Source: Azovibrio restrictus DSM 23866 (GTDB lineage: Bacteria > Pseudomonadota > Gammaproteobacteria > Burkholderiales > Rhodocyclaceae). From it: a stretch of DNA of 64,000 bases. Shown here in pieces: positions 9,661 through 18,131 of this stretch. Numbering within the stretch: position 1 is the first letter of the stretch; every line of letters starts with the position of its first letter. The notes under the pieces were generated by a model that did not search any database, was not told the DNA's origin, and saw nothing but the letters and a program-made list of their open reading frames with translations. The position numbers were made by a program, and so were the translations under genes. The stretch is taken from NCBI RefSeq assembly GCF_000429665.1, contig NZ_AUCH01000018.1, positions 25,317 through 89,316 on the forward strand. Reading direction: 5' to 3'.

Positions 9661-9715
9661 GGGAACTCCTGCCGGTTGGGGCGGGAAGGCCGGCGGGCCG
9701 GCCTCCACCGCAGGA

Positions 9716-10078
9716 TTACCTGCTCGGGTATTCGATCAGCAGGTCTTCGTCGCGCAGCACCATCTGGCAGGCCAGGCGCCATTCGCTGTGGTTCAGGTCG
9801 TCTACGCGCATTGCGTCGATCTGGGCCTGGGTGATCTTGCCCAGGCCTTTCAGGACCTTGACCTCGTCATCGGTGAGGGGGGCACCCATGGGGCCGTGCT
9901 TCTTGTCGATGCGCTGGGTCTTGACCAGGCAGGTGCCGCATTCCCCGTTTTCGCAGCCGAAATCGATGGGGATGTGGTTATCCTTGGCCAGCTTGAGGAC
10001 CGTGTCCCGATGGCTGCCGGCGACGGCATACACGGTCTTGTCCTTGTGCATGGGACTGCTGAAAGTGATGTTTGGCAT
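9716..10078 (-). CDS. [2Fe-2S] ferredoxin, Shethna protein II (FeSII)-like nitrogenase protective protein
   Basis: The Cys pattern FGCENGECGTCLV...LACQ, the N-terminal xITFSSPMHKDKTVYAVAG and the C-terminal DEDLLIEY resemble Azotobacter FeSII as recalled. Length is 120 aa. The gene is in the nif operon. Confidence 0.7.
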   Translation of the reverse strand: MPNITFSSPMHKDKTVYAVAGSHRDTVLKLAKDNHIPIDFGCENGECGTCLVKTQRIDKKHGPMGAPLTDDEVKVLKGLGKITQAQIDAMRVDDLNHSEWRLACQMVLRDEDLLIEYPSR

Positions 10079-10184
10079 GACTTCTTCTCCGTAGTTGCTG
10101 ATGTGAGATCGGGGTTTGTTCCCCGTTTTTTTCTCTGTCGGGCTTGGGGTCCGGGGGCCGGAAGGGGCCGGGAGTGGCGAGAAT

Positions 10185-10472
10185 TCAGGCGGGCTTCACC
10201 ACCACGTCCCCGTCCAGCACCTGGGCCTGGCAGGCCAGGCGGTGGCCCCGGGGGGCGAACATGTCTTTCAGCACCTGGTCTTCCAGCACCGAAGGGTCGG
10301 CCAGATGTTCGCCGCCGGAAACCACCTGGGTCAGGCAGGTGCCGCATTCGCCTTCCCGGCAGCCGTAGGTGATGGCGGCGCCGACCCGCTCCGAGACTTC
10401 GATCAGGCGGGTGCCGGCGGGTACGGTGATGGTGACGCCGATGTCTTCAAATGTGACTTTTGCCTTGGGCAT
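10185..10472 (-). CDS. [2Fe-2S] ferredoxin
   Basis: Cys pattern YGCREGECGTCL...LACQ in a 95-aa protein within the nif operon. Confidence 0.75.
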   Translation of the reverse strand: MPKAKVTFEDIGVTITVPAGTRLIEVSERVGAAITYGCREGECGTCLTQVVSGGEHLADPSVLEDQVLKDMFAPRGHRLACQAQVLDGDVVVKPA

Positions 10473-10497
10473 GTGAGGGTCTCCCTGGGTGGTGGGT

Positions 10498-11805
10498 TCA
10501 GGCCGCCTCGGCGAACAGCGCGTCGGGCGGGGTGGTGAGGTGGCGGGCCAGCTTACGGCCCAGTTCCTGGCACTGGGCCAGTTCTTCTTCGGTGGGCACG
10601 AGTTTCAGGCGCAGGCCGTCGAAGGGCAGGTGCAGGCGCAGGCCCTTGAGGCGGTCCTCCATCATGGCCACGGCTTCGCCGCTCCAGCCGAAGGAGCCGA
10701 AGGCGGCGCCCAGCTTGCCGCGCACGTGAATGGTGTGCAGGGATGAGAGCAGGTCCCAGACGGGTTTGGTGGCGTCGCCGTTGATGGTGGGGCTGCCGAT
10801 GGCGATGCCGTCGGCGGTTTCGATCAGGTCGATGAAGGGGCTCACGTCGCCCACTTCCAGGTCGTACAGGGAGACACGCACGCCTTCTTCCTCCTCGGCC
10901 CCCTGGGCGATGGCTTCGGCCATGCGCCGGGTGGCCCCGTAGGCGGAGATGTAGAAGATCAGCAGGGTCTTTTCCCCCACCACCTGGTCGTCCAGGCGGC
11001 CTTCGGCCAGCTCCCGGTAACGCTGCACGTAGTGGCGCGGGTTCTGGCGCAGCACCGGGCCATGGGCCGGGGCGATCAGTTGCAGCTCCAGGGGTTCGAG
11101 CAGTTCCAGACCGGTCAGCACATGCTGGCGGAAGGGCCGCATGATGTGGGCGTAGTAGTACTCGAAGGAAAAGCGGAAGTCCCCCACCTTGTCGTTGAAC
11201 AGGCGGTTGTCGCAGAAGTGGCAGCCGAACACGTCGCCGGAAAAGAGCAGGGCCAGTTCCGGCACGTAGGTGCATTGGGTGTCGGGCCAGTGCAGGAAGG
11301 GGGTCTGGTAGAAGGCCAGGGTACGGCCGCCCAGGTCCAGGCTGCTGCCGGTCTTCACCAGGGTGAAGGCGGAAGGGGTGACGTCGGTGGATTTCAAGAG
11401 GGCCTTGAACATCATCGGCGCCCGGCTGGAAAGATAGACGTGGGCCTGGGGGGCGCGCTTCATCAACTCGGGCAGGGCGCCGGAATGGTCGGGCTCCAGG
11501 TGGTTGATGACGATGGTGGTGATCTCGTCGTAGCTGCAGACGGATTCCAGGCGCTTGAAGAATTCCGGCGCGAAGGCTTCCTTGACCGTGTCGATCACGG
11601 CCACGCCTTTTTCGCCGCGCACCACGTAGCTGTTGTAGGTGGTGCCGTTGGCGGTGGACAGGACGATGTCGAAGGAGCGCAGGGCCGGGTCCAGGACCCC
11701 GACCCAGTGCACCCCGTCGGCGATTTCCACCGCCCGGCCGGGCTGGATCCTAGCGGCAGGTGCCGGGCTGGTGCTCATGGTCCTCGTCGTCATGGTGGTG
11801 ACCAC
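10498..11805 (-). CDS. fprA: Flavodiiron protein (A-type flavoprotein FprA/flavorubredoxin-like; metallo-beta-lactamase + flavodoxin domains)
   Basis: The diiron-site region reads NSYVVRGEKGVAVIDT...INHLEPDHSGALP, and a C-terminal flavodoxin-like domain is present. Such proteins are common in nif clusters. The start may be an internal Met. Confidence 0.8.
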   Translation of the reverse strand: MVTTMTTRTMSTSPAPAARIQPGRAVEIADGVHWVGVLDPALRSFDIVLSTANGTTYNSYVVRGEKGVAVIDTVKEAFAPEFFKRLESVCSYDEITTIVINHLEPDHSGALPELMKRAPQAHVYLSSRAPMMFKALLKSTDVTPSAFTLVKTGSSLDLGGRTLAFYQTPFLHWPDTQCTYVPELALLFSGDVFGCHFCDNRLFNDKVGDFRFSFEYYYAHIMRPFRQHVLTGLELLEPLELQLIAPAHGPVLRQNPRHYVQRYRELAEGRLDDQVVGEKTLLIFYISAYGATRRMAEAIAQGAEEEEGVRVSLYDLEVGDVSPFIDLIETADGIAIGSPTINGDATKPVWDLLSSLHTIHVRGKLGAAFGSFGWSGEAVAMMEDRLKGLRLHLPFDGLRLKLVPTEEELAQCQELGRKLARHLTTPPDALFAEAA

Positions 11806-12211
11806 TGCACTGGTGCTGGTTACCCTGGCAGCCCAGCTCGTCCTCGCTGGCGCTCTGGCCGGCCAGGCCCACCCAGGCGTCCACCTCTTCCAGGACGAAG
11901 CCCACGTGATGCAGGCCGGCGGCCTGCATCAGGGGGCGGCGGATCAGGATCGGGTGTTCCAGCATCAGGGCGATGGCGCTCTCCGCGTCTATGCTGTCCG
12001 GGTCGATCCGGCCGTCCTTGATCATGGGGGCAGAACGGTTGAACCAGTGGGGCACGGGCAGGGGCTCCAGGAAGGCCAGCAGGCCTTCCCGGGTCCAGGG
12101 CTCCGCGAGCAGGTTCTTCACGTCCAGGGTATGGCCGGCGGAAAGGAGCAGTCCCTTCTGTTTGGCGTTGCCGCCGCAGCCGGGTTTTTCGTAAAAGGTG
12201 ATGTGGGCCAT
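11750..12211 (-). CDS. Nitrogenase-associated protein (ArsC/Spx-family thioredoxin-fold) with His/Asp-rich C-terminal tail
   Basis: The N-terminus MAHITFYEKPGCGGNAKQKGLL matches the ArsC-like NAP family. It overlaps the fprA start by ~55 nt. Confidence 0.7.
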   Translation of the reverse strand: MAHITFYEKPGCGGNAKQKGLLLSAGHTLDVKNLLAEPWTREGLLAFLEPLPVPHWFNRSAPMIKDGRIDPDSIDAESAIALMLEHPILIRRPLMQAAGLHHVGFVLEEVDAWVGLAGQSASEDELGCQGNQHQCSGHHHDDEDHEHQPGTCR

Positions 12212-12224
12212 GGTGCTCCTGGAT

Positions 12225-12512
12225 TCAGGCGGGTTGGCCCTGGGCGGCGGCCTTGAGGATTTCCTGGAGTTTCTCCACGGGAATCCCGGTCAGGCTGCCC
12301 AGGGGGTTCAAGGGGGTGCCCAGTTCATCGACGATGGCGCATTCGATGGGGCAGATGGCGGCGCACTGGGCCTCGGGGAATTCCGCGAGGCACTCGGTGC
12401 ACTTGTCGCTGTCGATGGCGAACACCGGGTCGGCTTCGTAGATGGCGGTGTTGGGACACACATCCACGCAGGCCCAGCAGTTCACACAGGCTTCAGTGAT
12501 GGAAAGCGCCAT
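12225..12512 (-). CDS. fdxN: 2x[4Fe-4S] ferredoxin III, nif-specific (FdxN)
   Basis: Two Cys clusters, CVNCWACVDVCP and CTEC...CAAICP, in a 95-aa protein immediately downstream of nifB. Confidence 0.8.
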   Translation of the reverse strand: MALSITEACVNCWACVDVCPNTAIYEADPVFAIDSDKCTECLAEFPEAQCAAICPIECAIVDELGTPLNPLGSLTGIPVEKLQEILKAAAQGQPA

Positions 12513-12523
12513 GGTCTTCTCCT

Positions 12524-14038
12524 TCAGGCACGTTTCTGGTCAGGGGCGGGGGTGGCCAGCTTGCCGGCCTCGGCCAGTTCCCGATACACGGCCATCACGG
12601 CAGCCTCGATGGACTCCATGGCGTGCTCGCCGTTGGGCTGGATGCCCGCCTGTTCCAGCAGGCCCCAGGGTTCGAAGCCGATCTTGGAGCAGAGCACCAC
12701 CTCGCAACCCGCCAGGGCGGCGATGGTGCGGTCCAGGATGGAGTCGGCGCTGAGCCCGTCCTGGCCCTCGTCGCCGCAGGTGTCGCCGCCGATGCAGTAG
12801 AGCTCGGTCTTGCGGTGGCTGATGAAGCGCACCCCGGCCGGCGAGGCTTCGTACACCAGGAACTCCTTGGCATGGCCGAAGTGCTGGTTGATCAGCCCCT
12901 GGCCGGCGGTGGCCACGGCCATCAGCACCGGGCGGCTGTCGGCGGGCAGGGGGGCAGCGGGCTCGGCAGCCAGGGGAGCGCCCAGGCCGGCCCGCTTGGC
13001 TTCCAGTTGGTCGATGATGGCGTCGTGCACTTCCTTTCTGCGGGCCATGGCGGAGTCGTAGTCGATCTCCATGGCGTCCAGCTTGTCCAGGGCGAATTCG
13101 GCGCCCCGGTCCTCGCCCAGGAGGCCCACGGCGTCGGCCCGGCACTGGCGGCAGTGGCGCATCATGGCCATGTCGCCGGCGCACTCGTCCTGAATCGCCT
13201 GCAGTTCCTCGGCCGTGGGGCTGCGCTGCTCCATGATGCCGTAGTAGGTGCCGTGCTCGGCTTCGGCGATCAGGGGCATGACGTTGTGCAGGAAGGCGCC
13301 CTTGGCCTTCACCACCTTGGAGACTTCCTTCAGGTGCTCGTCGTTCACCCCGGGGATCATCACCGAGTTCACCTTCACCAGGATGCCCCGGGCGGTGAGC
13401 ATTTCCAGGCCCTTCTGCTGCTGCTCGATGAGGATCCTGGCCGCCTCGACGCCGCGGATGCGCTTGTTCTCCCAGTAAATCCACGGGTAGATTTTGGCGC
13501 CGACCTCGGGATCAAGGCAGTTGATGGTGATGGTGACGTGGTCGATGTTGTGCTTGGCGATCTCGTCCACGTACTTGGGCAGGTTGAGCCCGTTGGTGGA
13601 GACGCACAGCTTGATGTCCGGCGCCTTCTCGGAGAGCTGGCGGAAGGTCTCGAAGGTGCGCTCCGGGTTGGCCAACGGGTCTCCGGGTCCGGCGATGCCG
13701 AGTACCGTCATCTGGGGAATGGTGGCGGCTACGGCCAGCACTTTCTTGATGGCCTGGTCCGGGTTCAAGAGCTCGGACACCACCCCGGGGCGGGATTCGT
13801 TGGCGCAGTCGTACTTGCGGTTGCAGTAGTTGCACTGGATGTTGCAGGCCGGGGCCACGGCCACGTGCATGCGGGCGAAGTAGTGGTGCGCTTCTTCCGA
13901 GTAGCAGGGATGGTCCTGGACCTTGGCGCGGATGTGGTCCGGCAGGTGGGAAAGGGCGTCGGGCGCAGTGCCGCAGCCGCTGGAGGAGCAGCCGCCACCG
14001 GAGGCGGGGGCCGTATTGCTGATCACGGGCAGGTCCAC
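12524..14038 (-). CDS. nifB: Nitrogenase FeMo-cofactor biosynthesis radical-SAM protein NifB (with C-terminal NifX/NafY-like domain)
   Basis: The radical-SAM motif CNIQCNYCNRKYDCANESRPGV and the C-terminal dinitrogenase FeMo-co-binding-like domain are present. Confidence 0.95.
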   Translation of the reverse strand: MDLPVISNTAPASGGGCSSSGCGTAPDALSHLPDHIRAKVQDHPCYSEEAHHYFARMHVAVAPACNIQCNYCNRKYDCANESRPGVVSELLNPDQAIKKVLAVAATIPQMTVLGIAGPGDPLANPERTFETFRQLSEKAPDIKLCVSTNGLNLPKYVDEIAKHNIDHVTITINCLDPEVGAKIYPWIYWENKRIRGVEAARILIEQQQKGLEMLTARGILVKVNSVMIPGVNDEHLKEVSKVVKAKGAFLHNVMPLIAEAEHGTYYGIMEQRSPTAEELQAIQDECAGDMAMMRHCRQCRADAVGLLGEDRGAEFALDKLDAMEIDYDSAMARRKEVHDAIIDQLEAKRAGLGAPLAAEPAAPLPADSRPVLMAVATAGQGLINQHFGHAKEFLVYEASPAGVRFISHRKTELYCIGGDTCGDEGQDGLSADSILDRTIAALAGCEVVLCSKIGFEPWGLLEQAGIQPNGEHAMESIEAAVMAVYRELAEAGKLATPAPDQKRA

Positions 14039-14074
14039 GATTGAGGCTCCTTGAAAGTCATCGGGGAGCTAACA

Positions 14075-14192
14075 GCAATCGTTGTGCCAGGCTGCTTATT
14101 CCTTGTTAAACAAGGGTTTGTGTTTTTGTTGTGGTGGCTGTGCCAGTCCTGGAGGTGCGGCTTGTCGGACGGGCTTGTCGGGAAGGTGACAA
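14075..14192 (-). promoter_or_regulatory. nifB promoter: sigma54 -24/-12 element (TGGCAC-AACGA-TTGC, 14075-14089 on minus) plus NifA UAS TGT-N10-ACA (TGTCGGGAAGGTGACA, 14177-14192)
   Basis: The plus strand reads GCAATCGTTGTGCCA, which is the reverse complement of TGGCACaacgaTTGC with exact GG/GC spacing. A palindromic TGT-N10-ACA sits ~100 bp further upstream, the canonical NifA-dependent architecture. Confidence 0.8.
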
Positions 14193-14235
14193 GCACCGGG
14201 GCGGGGCGCCGCCCGCTCCGGTGCTTAAAGGGGGC

Positions 14236-15765
14236 TCAGCCTTCGGTCTTGGCCGCAGCCTTCTTGCTGCGGGAACTCTTGCGCGGTGCTTTGGCGGTGC
14301 TTGCGGTGCTTGCGGTGGCGGGGGTGGCGACCGGAGCGGGTTCGGCGGCGGCCTGGGGCGCTGCGGCAGCGCTGGAGGCTGCAGCGGCGGGCTTTCGGGC
14401 CGCAGCCTTGGCGGCTTTCCCGGTCTTGGCGGTGCCGCTCCTGGTAGCGGTGGCCTGGGGGGCTGCATCCTGGAGGCCGGCGTCTTTGGTGGCAGACGCT
14501 GTGGTGGCAGATGCTTTGGTGCCAGATCCCTTGGTGGCAAGGTCTGTAGTGGCAACGCCCTTGCCGCCGGATTCTTTCGTGCCGCTCGCCTTGGCCGCGC
14601 CGCTCTTGCGGGCCGGGGTCTTGCGGGGGCTGGTTTTCCTGGCCGTGCTCTTGACGGGCTGGGCCTGGGCTTCCTGGGGCAGGGTCTCCGAGGCGGGGGG
14701 CTCTGCTGCCGGAGCAGCCTCCTGGGCTGGCGCAGCTTCCTGTGCGACGGGGGCGGCCGGCTCGGGCGCGGCGCTGCTGTCCTCTCCCTTCCGGTTGCGG
14801 CCTTTGCTCCGGGCGCCGCGGTTGTTCCGTTCCTTCTCGGCGGCGGGGCGCGGGGGGGCTTCCGGGGCGGCGCTCTGGGCCTGTGCCGGGGCTTCGGCGG
14901 CGCTCACCGGGGCGGGAGCCGGCGTTTCCACCGGGCTGGCGGGCAGGGGGGCGCCGGCGCTGCGGAACACGTAGGCGCCGGATTTCTCGTCCCGGCCGAA
15001 GGCGATTAGGCCCCGGTGCTGGGCTTCCTCAAGCAGGTTGCCGAAGGCCTTGAAGCCATAGTAGGACTCGTTGAAGCCCGGATTGCGCCGCTTGATGGCT
15101 TCCTTCAGCACCGAGGCCCAGAGCTTTTCCGTGTCGCTGCGTTCGGCCATCAGGTCTTCGAAGGTGGCCACGGCCAGTTCTATGCCCTTGCTGCGCAGTT
15201 CCTCCTTGCGCTTTCTGTCGTCCTCGCCCCGCTTGCTGCCGGCTTCCCGGGCGACATCCTTGCGCACCGTGGCGCGTTTGGCCTCCCGGTCCCGCACCAG
15301 GTCGTCGTAGAAGATGAATTCGTCGCAGTTGGCGATGAGCAGGTCCGAGGTGGATTGCTTCACCCCGACGCCGATCACCTGCTTGGCGTTTTCCCGCAGC
15401 TTGGAAACCAGGGGGGAGAAGTCGGAATCCCCGGAGATGATCACGAAGGTGTCCACGTGGGCCTTGGTGTAGCAGAGGTCCAGGGCATCCACCACCAGGC
15501 GGATGTCGGCGGAGTTCTTGCCCGACTGGCGTACGTGGGGAATTTCGATGAGTTCGAAGTTGGCTTCGTGCATGCCGGCCTTGAAGGCCTTGTAGCGGTC
15601 CCAGTCGCAGTAGGCCTTCTTCACCACGATGGAGCCTTTCACCAGCAGCCGCTCCAGCACCGGCTTGATGTCGAATTTTTCGTACTGGGCGTCGCGCACG
15701 CCCAGGGCGACGTTCTCGAAGTCGCAGAAGAGGGCCATGCTGACATTTTCGGGGGCGGACGCCAT
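14236..15765 (-). CDS. NYN (LabA-like) ribonuclease-domain protein with OST-HTH/LOTUS RNA-binding domain and long Ala/Pro/Lys-rich histone-H1-like C-terminal tail
   Basis: NYN motifs MALFCDFENV, KKAYCDWDRY, SGKNSADIRLVVDA and FVIISGDSDFSPLV are present. The OST-HTH-like stretch reads ELAVATFEDLM...YGFKAFGNLLEEAQHRGLI. The C-terminal ~220 aa are low complexity (A/P/K/T/S). An AGGAGAA RBS precedes the ATG at 15765. Confidence 0.8.
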   Translation of the reverse strand: MASAPENVSMALFCDFENVALGVRDAQYEKFDIKPVLERLLVKGSIVVKKAYCDWDRYKAFKAGMHEANFELIEIPHVRQSGKNSADIRLVVDALDLCYTKAHVDTFVIISGDSDFSPLVSKLRENAKQVIGVGVKQSTSDLLIANCDEFIFYDDLVRDREAKRATVRKDVAREAGSKRGEDDRKRKEELRSKGIELAVATFEDLMAERSDTEKLWASVLKEAIKRRNPGFNESYYGFKAFGNLLEEAQHRGLIAFGRDEKSGAYVFRSAGAPLPASPVETPAPAPVSAAEAPAQAQSAAPEAPPRPAAEKERNNRGARSKGRNRKGEDSSAAPEPAAPVAQEAAPAQEAAPAAEPPASETLPQEAQAQPVKSTARKTSPRKTPARKSGAAKASGTKESGGKGVATTDLATKGSGTKASATTASATKDAGLQDAAPQATATRSGTAKTGKAAKAAARKPAAAASSAAAAPQAAAEPAPVATPATASTASTAKAPRKSSRSKKAAAKTEG

Positions 15766-15995
15766 AGGGGATTCTCCTGTTATCGCGGAGTCCGGCCCCG
15801 CCTGCAAAGGCGCCCATCATAGCCATCTATGGCCGGGCGCGCATCAGCGAGGGGGGCTGGCGCCTCGTTTTCGCGCCCCGTTCTCCGTTACGTTATGTTT
15901 TAAAGTGCACAACGAGTATGGCTTTTGTCGTGTTGTTGACGCACTTTGTTTCCTGTTTTTCCTTGTGTGTGTGGGGTTTCTGGCATTCGCTATGT

Positions 15996-16011
15996 TGGCA
16001 TGTATATTGCG
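15996..16011 (+). promoter_or_regulatory. Candidate sigma54-type promoter (TTGGCAT-GTATA-TTGC) upstream of TonB receptor gene
   Basis: The sequence fits TGGCAC-N5-TTGCW with correct GG/GC spacing, ~55 nt upstream of the 16065 start. This is a single-site match and could be chance. Confidence 0.3.
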
Positions 16012-16064
16012 AAGCCAGGGCGAGACGGATAGTGCTTCGATACCCATGCCATGAAAGGAAAGCC

Positions 16065-18116
16065 ATGAAAACCACTCCCCCCTTTATCCGCTGTGCCCTC
16101 ACCGTTGCCCTGGGGCTGGCCTTCCAGGCGGCTCAGGCCGCCGATGCCGGCGCCGGTCAGGTGCCCGGGGACGGCAGCGTGTTCACCCTGGGGCAGATCA
16201 CCGTCACTTCCCACCGGGAGGACGAACGCCCCATCGGTACCGACAGCCTGAACCGGGAGACCCTGCGGGATTTCGACAAGGACGGCCTGGCCGAGGCCTT
16301 GAATCTGGTGCCCGGGGTGACGAGCACCAGCGGCGCCGGCAGCCGTAACGAAGCCCTGATCAGCGTGCGCGGTTTCGACCGCTGGCAGGTGCCCCTGCTC
16401 ATGGACGGCATCCGCCTCTACCTGCCCGCCGACAACCGCATTGACTTCGACCGCTTCCTGACCCCCGACCTGTCCGAGATCCAGGTTTCCAAGGGCTATG
16501 TTTCCGTGTTGAACGGTCCTGACGGCATGGGCGGCGCCATCAACCTGGTGACCCGCAAGCCGGTCAAGGCCTTCGAGTCCGAGGTCCGGGCCTCCATCGC
16601 CATGGGGGGCGAGGGCCAGTACAACGGCAACACCGTCTATGCCAACGTGGGCGGGCGCCAGGAAAGCTATTACTTCCAGGCTAGCGTCGAACAGCGGGAC
16701 ATGGACCACTGGCGGCTCTCCGATGACTTTCAGCCCACCCAGGCCGAAAACGGCGGCCAGCGAGACCACACCAGCAAGAAGGACTGGCGTATCAACCTGA
16801 AGGCGGGCCTGACCCCCAACGCCACCGACGAATACTCCCTGAACTTCGTCAAGCAGCGCGGCGAGAAGCACGGTATCGGCTCCGTCACCGGCACGTCCAG
16901 CATCAGCACCTGGGACTGGCCCAAGTGGGATACCTGGAGCCTGTACTGGCTGTCCCACACCCAGCTGGGTGAATCCAGCTGGCTCAAGACCAAGGCCTAT
17001 TACAACAAGTTCGAAAATGACCTGGTGGCTTATACCAACACCAGCCTCAACACCCCCAACTGGACCAGCTACTACGACGACAACGCCAAGGGGGTGAGCC
17101 TGGAGCTGGGCACCGAGCATTTTGCCCGGCAGACCCTGAAGGCGGCCTTCCACTACCGCCGGGACGACCATACCGAGTGGCAGCTCACCCACGCTAGCGG
17201 CTTCACCGAGCCCAAACAGAGCACCGTCGAGGACACCTACTCCCTGGCCATCGAGGACACCTGGCACCTGACCTCCCGGCTCGACCTGATCGGCGGCATC
17301 AGCCGTGACTGGCGCAAGTCCCGGAAGGCCGAGGAGTTCCGGAGCGGGGACGGTTTCTTCGAGCAGCCCACGGCGGACAGCCAGGCCACCAACTATCAGG
17401 CGGCCGCCATCTATCGCTATAGCGGCACGGGCAAGGTGCATCTGTCCTACTCGGACCGGACCCGCTTCCCCACCATGTTCGAGCGCTTCAGCTCCCGCTT
17501 CGGCGGCGCCCTGTCCAACCCCTGGCTGGACCCCGAGCGGGCCCGCAACGTGGAGCTGGGCCTGGCTGACGAGCTGCTGCCCGGCCTGCGCGGCGAGGTG
17601 GCCCTGTTCCACAACCGGGTCAAGGACGCCATCCAGGCCGTGCCCATCGTCTATAACGGCGGCAACTACAGCCAGAGCCAGAACGTGGGCGACGCCACCT
17701 TCAAGGGCCTGGAGCTGGGGCTCACGGCCCGCCTGGCCCAGGGGCTGGAAGTGGGGGGCAACTATTCCTACATCGACACCCGCATCGACAACCCCAACGA
17801 TGCAGCCGCCCGGCTTACCACCACGCCGCGCCACAAGGCCCTGGTGTACGCCAAGTGGCAGGCCACGGGCGGGCTGCGGGTGATTCCCAGCCTGGAATAC
17901 GGGAGCCCCCGCTGGTCCGCCGACGCGGTCAAGAGCAGCAGCTACGTGAAGACCGGGGAATACGCGCTCCTCAACCTGAAGCTCGAATACCGGCTCACCC
18001 CCAGCTGGGATGTCTCCCTCACGGGGCGCAACCTGCTCGACAAGAACTACGCGCTGGTGGATGGCTATCCCCAGGAAGGCCGCAACTTCCTCCTGGCCAC
18101 CCGCCTGCAGTTCTGA
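16065..18116 (+). CDS. TonB-dependent outer-membrane receptor
   Basis: The signal peptide MKTTPPFIRCALTVALGLAFQAAQA follows an AAGGAAA RBS. A plug domain is present, and the C-terminal beta-barrel ends ...NFLLATRLQF (terminal Phe). The ORF-track start 15918 is upstream of the true start. Confidence 0.9.
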   Translation: MKTTPPFIRCALTVALGLAFQAAQAADAGAGQVPGDGSVFTLGQITVTSHREDERPIGTDSLNRETLRDFDKDGLAEALNLVPGVTSTSGAGSRNEALISVRGFDRWQVPLLMDGIRLYLPADNRIDFDRFLTPDLSEIQVSKGYVSVLNGPDGMGGAINLVTRKPVKAFESEVRASIAMGGEGQYNGNTVYANVGGRQESYYFQASVEQRDMDHWRLSDDFQPTQAENGGQRDHTSKKDWRINLKAGLTPNATDEYSLNFVKQRGEKHGIGSVTGTSSISTWDWPKWDTWSLYWLSHTQLGESSWLKTKAYYNKFENDLVAYTNTSLNTPNWTSYYDDNAKGVSLELGTEHFARQTLKAAFHYRRDDHTEWQLTHASGFTEPKQSTVEDTYSLAIEDTWHLTSRLDLIGGISRDWRKSRKAEEFRSGDGFFEQPTADSQATNYQAAAIYRYSGTGKVHLSYSDRTRFPTMFERFSSRFGGALSNPWLDPERARNVELGLADELLPGLRGEVALFHNRVKDAIQAVPIVYNGGNYSQSQNVGDATFKGLELGLTARLAQGLEVGGNYSYIDTRIDNPNDAAARLTTTPRHKALVYAKWQATGGLRVIPSLEYGSPRWSADAVKSSSYVKTGEYALLNLKLEYRLTPSWDVSLTGRNLLDKNYALVDGYPQEGRNFLLATRLQF

Positions 18117-18131
18117 ACCTTCAAGGGAGTC

